From positions 32,001-96,000 of the forward strand of contig JAFATB010000014.1 of NCBI GenBank assembly GCA_019244185.1: a stretch of DNA of 64,000 bases, written 5' to 3'. The notes beneath the pieces are model-generated. The model was not told the DNA's origin, ran no database searches, and was given only the letters and a program-made list of their open reading frames with translations. Both the position numbers and the translations under genes were made by a program. Positions within the stretch are counted from its first letter, which is position 1. Each line of letters opens with the position of its first letter. Of this stretch, positions 22,624 through 32,838 are shown piece by piece. Source of the stretch: Acidobacteriota bacterium. Lineage in GTDB: Bacteria > Acidobacteriota > Thermoanaerobaculia > Gp7-AA8.

Positions 22624-25545
22624 TCACGTCTGCGCGATCGCATCGTCGGACAACACAAAGGAGCTCTGCGCGAGATCGGCACCCGGCTCGAGCAGATCGG
22701 GGAAGACGATGCCGGGGAGCACCTGGATGTCGAAGATCTCCTGCACCGAGCCTTCGAAGCGCACGAACGCCACGATCGCGCCGCTGCGGACATCGATCGC
22801 CCAGATGCCGCAGGAGCGCTCGTCCGCGCGCAGCCGCTCGCCGAGAGGGATGTTGTCGAAGACGCGCTCGCGCACCTGCGAGAGTCCGACGAACGCGATC
22901 GGTCCCGCGAACGCGAGTCCGCGCGTGAAGCCGGGAAGCTGGGCGATGGTCTCGCGCCGTCCGCTGCGCAGGTCGAGCGTGGCAAGCGTGCCGGCGGCGC
23001 TCTCGAGGATGTAGGCCTGTCCGTTGTAGAGGCGGGGCGAGTGCGGCATCGCGAGTCCCGTCGCCACGAGCTCGCCCGTCGGGATGTCAATGACGATGCC
23101 GCCGCTCGCTTTCCGCTCGCGCCAGCCTTCGGCGGTGTCGGTGGCGCCGAGGGCGGTGGCGTAGCGCGGCACACCATCGACGATCGCGAGGCCGTTGAGG
23201 TGGCAGCGGTCCTCCGCGGCGAGCTTGCTGATGAACGGCGGACGCCAGCGCGGCAGGAAGCTGTGCTCGGAGTCGAGCGTGCAGAGCGCGGAGAAGCGCG
23301 TGTTCACGAGCCACAGCTCGCCGTCGTCCGCGAAGGCCAGCTCGTGCACGCGGATGTCGCCGGTGACGTGCATGTTGCGCGGGAGGAAGCACGCGTCGTG
23401 ACGCGCGGGATGCAGGCGCGCCGCGGCGCTCGGGACGTTGCGGTAGTCCCAGATTTCACCGAGCGTTCCGATCGCGAGGCGAGTGCCGTCGAAGGCGAGT
23501 CCCATCGGGCTCGCGAAAAAACGGAAGTGCGTGTTCAGCCGCTCGCCGTCGGCGCGCAGCAGCACGACGCGGCCGCTCTGATACGTCGAGACCGCGAGCG
23601 AGATGCGCAGCTCCGCGAGCAAGCGCGGGAAGTTCGTCGTGTGCACGCTGCGGAAGTCGGTCGCGTTTTGCGGCGGCGCATCGGCCGACGTTGGATTCGC
23701 GGCCGGCGCGCGCGCCGCCGATGCGGGCATCGTGCGCTGCCGCGGCGCGGACGCGAAGAGATCGCGCGCACGCGCCGCCGCTGGCTCGATGAGCGGCAAG
23801 AGTGGCGCGAGCTCCGTCGCATTGCGCTGCCACTTCGCGGCATCCGGCGGCGTCAGCGTGTGCCGCGACGGCGGGAGCGGCGCCGTGAGCGTGCGGTCCC
23901 AGCGCAGCCCGACGTAGTCGCAGAGCCGCTCCATCGTTTCCTGCGGCTGCTCGATCAGCGCGTCGTAACTCGCCACGCACCACGATTCCGGCGGCAGCAT
24001 TTCCAGATCGTCGAGCACGACCGTCGTCGCCGCGATCCACTGCCGCGCGACGACCTCCGCCAGCGGCCGGCCGATCGTGTCGCGCCAACCCGGCGTCAGC
24101 AGCAGCGACCACGGTTGTCCTTCCCATCCCGGCAAGTCGGGATACGTGATGAAGCGTCCCGATCGCCACGCGTCGAGCATGCTGCTGATCGTCGCCCGCT
24201 CGTCGCGGTAGAGATAGATGAAGAACGCGTCGGCGAAGAGCGCGCGCAGAAACGGGATGCGCAGCGCGTTCTTCGGCGTCTTCTCGAGAAAGCGGAAGCG
24301 ATGCGTCGCCGGCGCGCGCCCGTCGCGGTCGACGGCAGCGGAGGCGAAGCGCGCACGCAAATCGTCCGCGACGGATTCGCTCGCATCGGGCGCCGTCAGC
24401 CGGTTCGACTCCCAGCCGTGCGCGGCGGGATGCAGCGCGCCGATGCCTTCGATGAGCGCGTGACTCTCGCCGCCGATGGTCATCACCTCCGGCGCCTGCG
24501 CGAGCGTTTCGAAGAGCAGCGACGATCCGGAGCGCGGCGACGAGACGATGAAGATCGGACGATCGAATGCGTTGCGGCTGCGCGCGATCGACGGCGCCGT
24601 GCGGCGCGCGAGATCGGTGTTGAGCGCGGGACGGAGCAGGATCTGCTGCACGGCCTGCGCGGCATCGATGCCGTTCGGCAGCATCCACGCGCCGAGGTGC
24701 CGCGCGATGCGCTGCTCGGTCAGCTCGAGCAGTTCGGCGTACGCGCGCCAGCCGCGCGGCGCCGCCTCGTGCATGCGCCAGAGCGACTGCCACGCGTCGA
24801 GGAAGCGCACGACCTCGTCGCGCAGCGCGCGTCCGGCGGCGCTCGCGTCGAGATCGGCGGCGAAGATCTCGAAGAGCGCATGTTGTTCCGCCGGCGCCAT
24901 CACCACCGGGAAGTTGTGGACTTCCATGCGCGGCTCCGCGGATCGCGCTTCATCGAATGCGATCGTGGTTGCCTCGGGCGCAGGCGCGCCGGAAAACGGA
25001 TCCCAGCCTTCGTCGATGAGCGCGCGCAGGCGCGGCGAGCCGGCCGTGTCCGCGACGAGATGAATGCGCCGCGTCGGATTCGGATTGATGACGTTGTGCA
25101 GGCGCCACGTATCGAAGATCCACGTCTCGCCGGGCGCCATGTGCAGCTCGCGGTCGCCGCAGAGAAAGCGCACCGCGGGATCGGTGACGATCGGCACGTG
25201 CACGCGCACGCGCGTCTGCCAGTAGTAGTTCACGTCCACATGCGCGGTCGCCTCGGCATTGCCGTCGATGCGCATCAGCCGCGTGCGTCCGATCGGCGCC
25301 TCGAATGCGGCGAGCAACTGCCGCAGCGCCGAACAACGCGCCAGGTGCGGCGTCGCGCGCATCTCGCCCTTCACGCCATCGTCGTTGGGATCGCCTCCGA
25401 CCGCGATCAGCGGCAGCGCGAAATTGCCGGGATGACCTTCGGGATGCGGACGCCAGTCCGACTCGGCGAACGCGGACACCTCCGCCGCCAGTCGCGCCGC
25501 GTCGAAGTGCAGGGGAAGTCGAAGGAATTCAATGGGTAACCGCAT
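22624..25545 (-). CDS. Fusion of an aspartyl/asparaginyl beta-hydroxylase-like 2OG-Fe(II) domain, a sulfotransferase and a TIGR03032-family domain
   Basis: HVD...RVHVPI...FDTWRLHNVIN...RIHLVAD; IFIVSSPRSGSSLL, EKTPKN, YRD; SVHTTNFP..LAVSTYQSG, EDRCHLNGLA, GLAMPHSPR; GGAG SD before the ATG at 25545. Confidence 0.85.
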   Translation of the reverse strand: MRLPIEFLRLPLHFDAARLAAEVSAFAESDWRPHPEGHPGNFALPLIAVGGDPNDDGVKGEMRATPHLARCSALRQLLAAFEAPIGRTRLMRIDGNAEATAHVDVNYYWQTRVRVHVPIVTDPAVRFLCGDRELHMAPGETWIFDTWRLHNVINPNPTRRIHLVADTAGSPRLRALIDEGWDPFSGAPAPEATTIAFDEARSAEPRMEVHNFPVVMAPAEQHALFEIFAADLDASAAGRALRDEVVRFLDAWQSLWRMHEAAPRGWRAYAELLELTEQRIARHLGAWMLPNGIDAAQAVQQILLRPALNTDLARRTAPSIARSRNAFDRPIFIVSSPRSGSSLLFETLAQAPEVMTIGGESHALIEGIGALHPAAHGWESNRLTAPDASESVADDLRARFASAAVDRDGRAPATHRFRFLEKTPKNALRIPFLRALFADAFFIYLYRDERATISSMLDAWRSGRFITYPDLPGWEGQPWSLLLTPGWRDTIGRPLAEVVARQWIAATTVVLDDLEMLPPESWCVASYDALIEQPQETMERLCDYVGLRWDRTLTAPLPPSRHTLTPPDAAKWQRNATELAPLLPLIEPAAARARDLFASAPRQRTMPASAARAPAANPTSADAPPQNATDFRSVHTTNFPRLLAELRISLAVSTYQSGRVVLLRADGERLNTHFRFFASPMGLAFDGTRLAIGTLGEIWDYRNVPSAAARLHPARHDACFLPRNMHVTGDIRVHELAFADDGELWLVNTRFSALCTLDSEHSFLPRWRPPFISKLAAEDRCHLNGLAIVDGVPRYATALGATDTAEGWRERKASGGIVIDIPTGELVATGLAMPHSPRLYNGQAYILESAAGTLATLDLRSGRRETIAQLPGFTRGLAFAGPIAFVGLSQVRERVFDNIPLGERLRADERSCGIWAIDVRSGAIVAFVRFEGSVQEIFDIQVLPGIVFPDLLEPGADLAQSSFVLSDDAIAQT

Positions 25546-25701
25546 AGCTCCGGCAAAAAGCATCGACAGGCGGGGGTTCCGCTCCGATAATCCCATAGTT
25601 TCCAACTTTGGCCGAAACGGAGACCTTCCCTGAAACCTCGTGACCAACGCCCTTCCTCGCAGTTCGACCGGCGATCTGCGGAGATCGGCGCGCGACGCTC
25701 G

Positions 25702-28700
25702 GTGCTCCGTGACTCGAAGCCGTCAGGGTCCCTCGCCGCCGCGATCGCCGCCGGCGCCGTGACGCTCACCGCCGCCGGCGCACAGGCGGCGACCATCACC
25801 GTCAACTCGATTGCGGACAACACGACCGCCGGCGATGCGCAATGCACGCTGCGCGAGGCGCTCGCGAACGCGAATGCGAACGCCGACACGACCGGCGGCG
25901 ACTGCGTGGCGGGCAGCGGCGCCGACACGATCAACCTGACCGCGCTCGCGGGCACGATCACCCTCGGCGGCACGCAGCTGACGATCAGCGATTCGACGAC
26001 GCTCACCGGTCCCGGCGCCTCCACGCTGACCATCGACGCGGCGAGCAACTCCCGCGTCTTCTACATCTACAACAACGCAACCGCGCTCACCGTATCGATC
26101 AGCGGACTCACGGCGACGCGCGGCCGAGGGGCGACCGGCGGCAACATCGTCGCGAAGGGCGAGATCGTCACGCTGAACGGCGTCACCTTGAGCGGTGGTG
26201 TGGCGGCGACGGCGGGCGGCGGCGTCGCCAATGTCGGCGGATCGCTCACCGTTCGCTCGAGCACGATCAGCGGGAACACCGTCCAGGGCGTCGTTGGCGG
26301 CGCCGCGATCTACAACGTCGGCGGAGCGCTGACCGTCGACACGTCCGTGATCACGTCGAACTCCGCGAGCTCCCTCGCGGCGCGCGCTGGTGCGATCGCC
26401 ATCCTGTCGACCACCCAGCCCGCCAGCATCACCAATACGCAGATCACGAACAACACGAGCGTCGCAAAGGGCGCCGCCTTCGGCGTGAAAACGACGGCCG
26501 CGGGCGGAACGCTCACCATCGATCACAGCGTCATCACCGGAAACACGGCCACCGGCCGTGGCGGTGCGTTCTTCCTTTATCGGAGCGGCGGCGCGATCAC
26601 GCTGTCGCACGATCAGATCAACAACAACACGACCCAGAACCGCGGCGGCGCGATCTTTCTCTACAACGCCAGCGCGAACGTCACCATCAGCGACACCACG
26701 ATCTCCGGAAACACCGCGCCGACCGCGGCTGGAAACGGCGGAGGCATCTTCTTTTACAAAGGCAGCGCCGGCACGAAACTGTCGATCCAGCGCAGCACCA
26801 TCAGCGGCAACTCGGTGAATCGCGCCGGTGGCGGCATCTTCTTTTACAAAGGCAGCGCACAGCTGGAGATCGAAGACTCCACGATTGCCAACAACACCGC
26901 CGGCACGACCGGTGGCGGCATTTTCGACAGGGGGCCTTTCGGCGGGACCGCGTCGATCGCAATCGGTGAGTCGACCATCACCGGCAACAGCGCGGGCACG
27001 AGCGGCGGGAATCTGAGCGTCACCGCGGTTCCGATGACGATCGACAACACGATCGTCGCCAACGGCACGGCGCCGGCGAGCCCGGACATGGCCAGCGGCG
27101 CCTCCAACGTAACCATGAACTACTCGCTGCTCGAGAACACCTCGGGTGCGACGTTCACCGGAACGGGCAATATCACCGGCGTCGATCCCAGTCTCGGACC
27201 GCTGCAGGACAACGGCGGCCCGACGTTCACCCAACGGCCGAACATCGGCAGCCCGGTGCTCGACGCCGGCGATCCGTCCTTCACGCCGCCGCCCAGCACC
27301 GACCAGCGCGGTCTGCAGCGCGTCTACAACGGACGCATCGACATCGGCTCGCTCGAGCAGGGAGCGATGAGCTCCATCTCGTTCTCCACTGCCGGCGCGA
27401 CGATCTCCGAGGGTGCGGGGTCGGTGACGGTCACGGTGAATCGCGGCAGTGGCGAAGGCACGGCAAGCGTCAACTACTCGACGAGCAACGGCACGGCGCA
27501 AGCGGGCGCCGATTACACGGCCACCTCCGGCACGCTGACGTGGGGATCCGGCGACTTCACACCGAAGTCGTTCACGATTCCGATCCTCGAAGAAGCGATC
27601 TTCGAAGGGAACGAGTTCTTCAACGTGACGCTCAGTGCGCCGTCGAACGCGACGCTCGCGGCACCGGCGGCGGAGACGGTGACGATCGCGGACAACGATC
27701 CGCAGCCTGCGCTCTCCATCAACGGCGTCTCGCAGGCGGAAGGGAACTCCGGCACGACGAGCTTCCCGTTCGTGGTCTCGCTGTCGAATCCGTCCGCGCA
27801 GACGGTGACGGTGAACTACACGACCGTGAACGGCACGGCCATCGCCGGCAGCGACTACACCGCGCAGAGCGGCACGCTCACGTTCGCGCCCGGCACCACC
27901 GTCCAAACCATTCCGGTCTCCGTCCTCGGCGATGCGCTCAATGAGGCGAGCGAGACATTCACCGTGACGCTCTCCTCCCCGACGAACGCCACCATCGCGA
28001 CGACCACCGGCACGGGCACGATCGGCAACGACGATCCGCAGCCGTCGCTGTCGATCGGCAGCGTTGCGAAAGCCGAGGGAAACAGCGGCAGTACGAGCTT
28101 CGTGTTTCCGGTCACGCTCTCCGCGCCGAGCGGGCAGACGGTGACGGTCGCGTACGCGACGGCGAGCGGCAGCGCGACCGCGGGCAGCGACTACACGACC
28201 ACCAGCGGCACGCTCACGTTCACGCCGGGCACGACGGCGCAGAACATCACCGTGCCGGTGACCGGCGACACGACGAACGAGACGAACGAAACGTTCACCG
28301 TGACGCTGTCCGCGCCGACGAACGCCACCATCGGCACCGCCACCGGCACAGGCACGATCGACAACGACGACGCTGCTCCGGCGGTGTCGGTCGGCGACGT
28401 CACGCAGGCCGAGGGAAACAGCGGCAGCACGAGCTTCGTCTTTCCGGTGACGCTGTCCGCGGCCAGCGAGCAGACTGTGACCGTCAACTACTTGACTTCC
28501 GACGGCAGCGCCGTCGCGGGCAGCGACTACACCGCGGCCAGCGGCACGGTCACGTTCGCGCCGGGCGTGACGTCGCAGTCGATCTCCGTGGCGGTCGTCG
28601 GCGACACGACCAAAGAGCCGAGCGAGACGTTCACCGTGACGCTCAGCGCGCCGTCGAATGCGATGCTCGGCACCGCGTCCGCGACCGGCACGATCGTCGA

Positions 28701-31700
28701 CGACGACAGCGCGCCGGTGCTCGCGATCGGCAACGTCTCGCAGGCCGAAGGCAACAGCGGCACGACGACATTCTCGTTCCCGGTCACGCTCTCCGCGCCG
28801 AGCGGACAGACGGTCACCGTGAGCTACGCCACCGCGAACGGCAGCGCCGTCGCCGGCAGCGACTACGGTGCGACCAGCGGCACGCTCACGTTCGCGCCGG
28901 GCGTGACGTCGCAGACCGTGAACGTGCCGGTCACCGGCGATCTCACGAACGAGGCCGACGAGACGTTCACGGTGACGTTGTCGTCATCGACGAACGCGGC
29001 CATCGCAACGGCCACCGGCACCGGCACGATCGTGAACGACGACGCGCCGCCGCTGCTGTCGATCGACGACGCCTCGCAACCGGAAGGCAACAGCGGCTCG
29101 GCGAGCATGCCGTTCGCGGTGACGCTCTCGACGCCGAGCGAGCAGTCGATCACGGTCAACTACACGACGTCCAACGGCAGCGCGGTCGCCGGCAGCGACT
29201 ACACGGCCACGAGCGGCACGCTGACGTTCGCTCCCGGCGCGACGGTGCAATCGATCAATGTCCCGATCAGCGGCGACACGACGGCGGAGACGAACGAGAC
29301 GTTCACGGTGACGCTGAGCGCGCCGTCGAATGCGGCCATCGGCGACGGCAACGCGACCGGCACCATCGTGAACGACGACTCCGGTCCCGTCGTCTCGATC
29401 AGCGGCGTCTCGCAGGCGGAGGGGAGCGGCGGGACGTCCGCGTTCACGTTCAACGTGACGCTGTCGCAGGCCAGCGAAGAGACCGTGACCGTCAACTACT
29501 TGACCAGCAACGGCAGCGCGATCGCGGGCAGCGATTACACCGCCGCCAGCGGCACGCTCACGTTCGCACCCGGCGTGACGTCGCAGACGGTCACCGTGAC
29601 GGTCATCGGCGATACGACCAGCGAGCCGGACGAAATGTTCTCGGTCATGCTTTCCGCGCCGGTGAATGCGAGCGTCGGCACCGCGTCCGCGACCGGCACG
29701 ATCGTCGACGACGACACCGCGCCGGTGCTCGTCATCGGCAACGTGTCGCAGTCCGAAGGCACGGGCGGCTCGACCACGTTCACGTTCCCCGTCAGTCTCT
29801 CCGCGCCGAGCGGACAAACCGTCACCGTCCATTACGCGACCGCCGACGGATCCGCGGGCGCAGGCAGCGATTACGGCGCGACGAGCGGCACGCTCACGTT
29901 CGCGCCGGGCGTGACGACGCAGACGGTCGACGTGCCGGTCACCGGCGATGCCACGAACGAAGCGAACGAGACGTTCACGGTGAACCTCTCCGCCTCGACG
30001 AACGCCGCCATCGCCACCGCGACCGGCACCGGCACGATCGTCAACGACGATCCGGTGCCGTCCCTCTCGATCGCGGGGACGGCGCAGGCGGAAGGGAACA
30101 GCGGGCTCACGAACATGCCCTTCGTCGTGACGCTGTCCGCGGCGAGCGAACAGACCGTAACGGTCAACTACTTGACGAACAACGGCAGCGCAATCGCGGG
30201 CAGCGACTACACCGCCACGAGCGGCACGCTCACGTTCGCGCCCGGCGTCACGTCGCAGACGATCGACGTACCGATCGCCGGCGACACCACCTCGGAGACG
30301 GACGAGACCTTCACCGTCACGCTCGGCACGCCGTCGAACGCGGCCATCGCCGTCAGCAGCGCCACCGGCACGATCGTCAACGACGATGCCGGTCCGGTAC
30401 TCTCGATCGACAGCGTCTCGCAGGCCGAAGGCAACAGCGGCACGAGCAACTTCACATTCAACGTCACGCTCTCCGCGCCGAGCGAGCGCACCATCACCGT
30501 GCAGTACGCGACCGCGGACGGCAGCGCGACCGCGGGCAGCGATTATGTCGCGACGAGCGGCACGGTTGCGTTCGCGCCCGGCGTGACCTCGCAGAACGTC
30601 GTCATCGCGGTGAACGGCGACACGGCGAACGAGCCGGCGGAGACGTTCAGCGTCACGCTCTCGTCGCCGGTCAACGCCACGATCGGCACGGCCAGCGGCA
30701 GCGGCACGATCGTCGACGATGACGGCGCGCCGGTGCTCGCGATCGGCAACGTCTCGCAGGCCGAGGGCAACAGCGGCACGACCACGTTCTCGTTCCCGGT
30801 CACGCTCTCCGCGCCGAGCGGCCAGACCGTGACCGTGCAGTACGCGACCGCGAACGGCAGCGCCGTCGCCGGCAGTGACTACGGCGCGACGAGCGGCACG
30901 CTCACGTTCGCGCCCGGCGTGACCTCGCAGAACGTCGATGTGCCGGTCACCGGCGATCTCGCGAACGAAGGCGATGAGACGTTCACGGTGACGCTGTCGT
31001 CGTCGACGAACGCCGCCATCGCCACGACCACGGGAACCGGCACGATCGTCAACGACGACGGCGGTCCCACGGTCACGATCGCCGACGCATCGCAGGCGGA
31101 AGGCGACAGCGGCAGCTCGAATCTCTCGTTCGCGGTGACGCTCTCCGCGCCAAGCGAGCAGACCGTCACCGTCAGCTACGCCACCGCGAACGGCACCGCG
31201 ACCGCCGGCAGCGACTACACCACGACGAGCGGCCTGCTCACGTTCGCGCCCGGCGTGACCGCGCAGACGATCGACGTCCCCGTCATCGGCGACACGAACA
31301 TCGAGCCCGACGAAACGCTCTCGCTGCAACTCTCCGGCGCGACGAACGCGACGATCATCCGCGCGCAGGCGACCGGCACGATTCTCAACGACGACGGCGC
31401 GGTCACGCCCGCGATCTCCGTCAGCGACGTCTCCGTCCTCGAAGGCAGCGCCGGTACCACGCCCGCGACCTTCACCGTGACGCTCAGCGTTCCGACGACG
31501 CAGACGGTGACGGTGCACTACACGACGACGTCGGGCAGCGCGCAGGCGGGCGCCGACTTTGCGCCCACGCAGGGCACGCTCGTCTTCGCGCCCGGTACGA
31601 CCTCGCAGACCGTGACCGTCGGCGTCGTCGGCGACACTGACGTCGAAGCCAACGAGACCTTCACCCTCGATCTCTCCGCGCCCGCGGGCGCGACGATCGC

Positions 31701-32769
31701 GCGCGCACGTGGCACGGCCACGATCGTGAACGACGACTACGCGGCGCCGCCGTCAACGCTGCCGGCGCTTCGCATCAGCGACGTGCGCGTCGCGGAAGGC
31801 GATCGCGGTCTCAGCGACGCCACGATCGTGGTGACGCTCAGCGCGCCGAGCGCCACCGACGTCACCGCCGACTTCAGCACCGCCGACGGCACGGCGACCG
31901 CCGGCGTCGATTACGCCGCGACGTCCGGCTCGGTCGTCGTTCCCGCCGGCACGCTGTCGCGCGCGATTCACGTGCCGATCGTCGGCGACACCGCGGTCGA
32001 AGGCGACGAGACGTTCCACGTCCGCCTCTCCGGCGCGAACGGAGCGACGATCGCGTCCGGCGATGCGACGGTGACGATCGTCAACGACGATGCGGCCGCC
32101 ACGGAAACGCGCGCGTACATCGCCGTCGCCGGCGCGACGCCCGGCGCATTCGGCTCGTTCTTCCGCACGACGCTCCAACTGCACAACGACAGCGACGCCG
32201 CGGCGTCGGGCAGCATTGTCTTCCATCTGATGACCGGCGGCACGCCGGCCACCGTTCCGTACACGCTCGCGCCGCACGAGACGAAGGTGCTCGACGACGC
32301 GGCGCTGTCCGCCGGCATCGGCACCGCGGATGTCGTCGCGGAAGTCGGCGCGCTGCCGCTCGCGGTCGTGCGCATCACCAGCACGTCGCCGTGTGGCACG
32401 GTCGGTCTCGCGACGGAGTCGCTCGATCCGGTGCGCGACGCGCTCACGGTTTCCGACCGTGCGATTCTGCTCGCGCCCTCCGACCTCGGCACGTCGCGCT
32501 TCAACATCGGCGTCCGCGCGATCGGTCACGACGCGACGCTGCACCTTACGCTTCGCGATCGCAGCGGCAACGTGAAGACGCGCGTCGATCGCCAGTTCGA
32601 CGCCGACACGCTCGTCCAGGTCGCCGCCTCCGATCTCCTCGGCGTCGCCGTCGCCGCGGACGATTCCGTGCTCGTCGAAGTCACGTCCGGCACGGCCATC
32701 GTCTACGCCTCCACCACCGACAACTCCTCGCAGGATCCGGCCATCCAGCTCGCCCGTCCGCTCCCCTGA
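25702..32769 (+). CDS. Giant surface protein/adhesin: CSLREA-like motif, beta-helix with choice-of-anchor-Q-like end, 14 Calx-beta repeats, C-terminal domain
   Basis: CTLREA; GGAIF/GGGIF repeats; LGPLQDNGGPT...TDQRG...DIGSLE; 14 ~112-aa repeats ending in NDD/DDD/DND; start may lie upstream (in-frame CTG at 25630 after GGAGA). Confidence 0.9.
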   Translation: MLRDSKPSGSLAAAIAAGAVTLTAAGAQAATITVNSIADNTTAGDAQCTLREALANANANADTTGGDCVAGSGADTINLTALAGTITLGGTQLTISDSTTLTGPGASTLTIDAASNSRVFYIYNNATALTVSISGLTATRGRGATGGNIVAKGEIVTLNGVTLSGGVAATAGGGVANVGGSLTVRSSTISGNTVQGVVGGAAIYNVGGALTVDTSVITSNSASSLAARAGAIAILSTTQPASITNTQITNNTSVAKGAAFGVKTTAAGGTLTIDHSVITGNTATGRGGAFFLYRSGGAITLSHDQINNNTTQNRGGAIFLYNASANVTISDTTISGNTAPTAAGNGGGIFFYKGSAGTKLSIQRSTISGNSVNRAGGGIFFYKGSAQLEIEDSTIANNTAGTTGGGIFDRGPFGGTASIAIGESTITGNSAGTSGGNLSVTAVPMTIDNTIVANGTAPASPDMASGASNVTMNYSLLENTSGATFTGTGNITGVDPSLGPLQDNGGPTFTQRPNIGSPVLDAGDPSFTPPPSTDQRGLQRVYNGRIDIGSLEQGAMSSISFSTAGATISEGAGSVTVTVNRGSGEGTASVNYSTSNGTAQAGADYTATSGTLTWGSGDFTPKSFTIPILEEAIFEGNEFFNVTLSAPSNATLAAPAAETVTIADNDPQPALSINGVSQAEGNSGTTSFPFVVSLSNPSAQTVTVNYTTVNGTAIAGSDYTAQSGTLTFAPGTTVQTIPVSVLGDALNEASETFTVTLSSPTNATIATTTGTGTIGNDDPQPSLSIGSVAKAEGNSGSTSFVFPVTLSAPSGQTVTVAYATASGSATAGSDYTTTSGTLTFTPGTTAQNITVPVTGDTTNETNETFTVTLSAPTNATIGTATGTGTIDNDDAAPAVSVGDVTQAEGNSGSTSFVFPVTLSAASEQTVTVNYLTSDGSAVAGSDYTAASGTVTFAPGVTSQSISVAVVGDTTKEPSETFTVTLSAPSNAMLGTASATGTIVDDDSAPVLAIGNVSQAEGNSGTTTFSFPVTLSAPSGQTVTVSYATANGSAVAGSDYGATSGTLTFAPGVTSQTVNVPVTGDLTNEADETFTVTLSSSTNAAIATATGTGTIVNDDAPPLLSIDDASQPEGNSGSASMPFAVTLSTPSEQSITVNYTTSNGSAVAGSDYTATSGTLTFAPGATVQSINVPISGDTTAETNETFTVTLSAPSNAAIGDGNATGTIVNDDSGPVVSISGVSQAEGSGGTSAFTFNVTLSQASEETVTVNYLTSNGSAIAGSDYTAASGTLTFAPGVTSQTVTVTVIGDTTSEPDEMFSVMLSAPVNASVGTASATGTIVDDDTAPVLVIGNVSQSEGTGGSTTFTFPVSLSAPSGQTVTVHYATADGSAGAGSDYGATSGTLTFAPGVTTQTVDVPVTGDATNEANETFTVNLSASTNAAIATATGTGTIVNDDPVPSLSIAGTAQAEGNSGLTNMPFVVTLSAASEQTVTVNYLTNNGSAIAGSDYTATSGTLTFAPGVTSQTIDVPIAGDTTSETDETFTVTLGTPSNAAIAVSSATGTIVNDDAGPVLSIDSVSQAEGNSGTSNFTFNVTLSAPSERTITVQYATADGSATAGSDYVATSGTVAFAPGVTSQNVVIAVNGDTANEPAETFSVTLSSPVNATIGTASGSGTIVDDDGAPVLAIGNVSQAEGNSGTTTFSFPVTLSAPSGQTVTVQYATANGSAVAGSDYGATSGTLTFAPGVTSQNVDVPVTGDLANEGDETFTVTLSSSTNAAIATTTGTGTIVNDDGGPTVTIADASQAEGDSGSSNLSFAVTLSAPSEQTVTVSYATANGTATAGSDYTTTSGLLTFAPGVTAQTIDVPVIGDTNIEPDETLSLQLSGATNATIIRAQATGTILNDDGAVTPAISVSDVSVLEGSAGTTPATFTVTLSVPTTQTVTVHYTTTSGSAQAGADFAPTQGTLVFAPGTTSQTVTVGVVGDTDVEANETFTLDLSAPAGATIARARGTATIVNDDYAAPPSTLPALRISDVRVAEGDRGLSDATIVVTLSAPSATDVTADFSTADGTATAGVDYAATSGSVVVPAGTLSRAIHVPIVGDTAVEGDETFHVRLSGANGATIASGDATVTIVNDDAAATETRAYIAVAGATPGAFGSFFRTTLQLHNDSDAAASGSIVFHLMTGGTPATVPYTLAPHETKVLDDAALSAGIGTADVVAEVGALPLAVVRITSTSPCGTVGLATESLDPVRDALTVSDRAILLAPSDLGTSRFNIGVRAIGHDATLHLTLRDRSGNVKTRVDRQFDADTLVQVAASDLLGVAVAADDSVLVEVTSGTAIVYASTTDNSSQDPAIQLARPLP

Positions 32770-32770
32770 G

Positions 32771-32803
32771 CGGACGGCGACCGGACGGCGACCGGACGGC
32801 GGG
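32771..32803. repeat. Three 11-bp tandem repeats CGGACGGCGAC (third imperfect)
   Basis: Directly visible between the adhesin stop and asnS. Confidence 0.7.
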
Positions 32804-32838
32804 CTGGCGGCGCGAACGTTGATAGAATCCGCCGCCTC

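Noticed and set aside
27513-31721. Series of ~86-98 aa minus-strand ORFs resembling a small-gene array
   Set aside because: They are antisense shadows of the Calx-beta repeats
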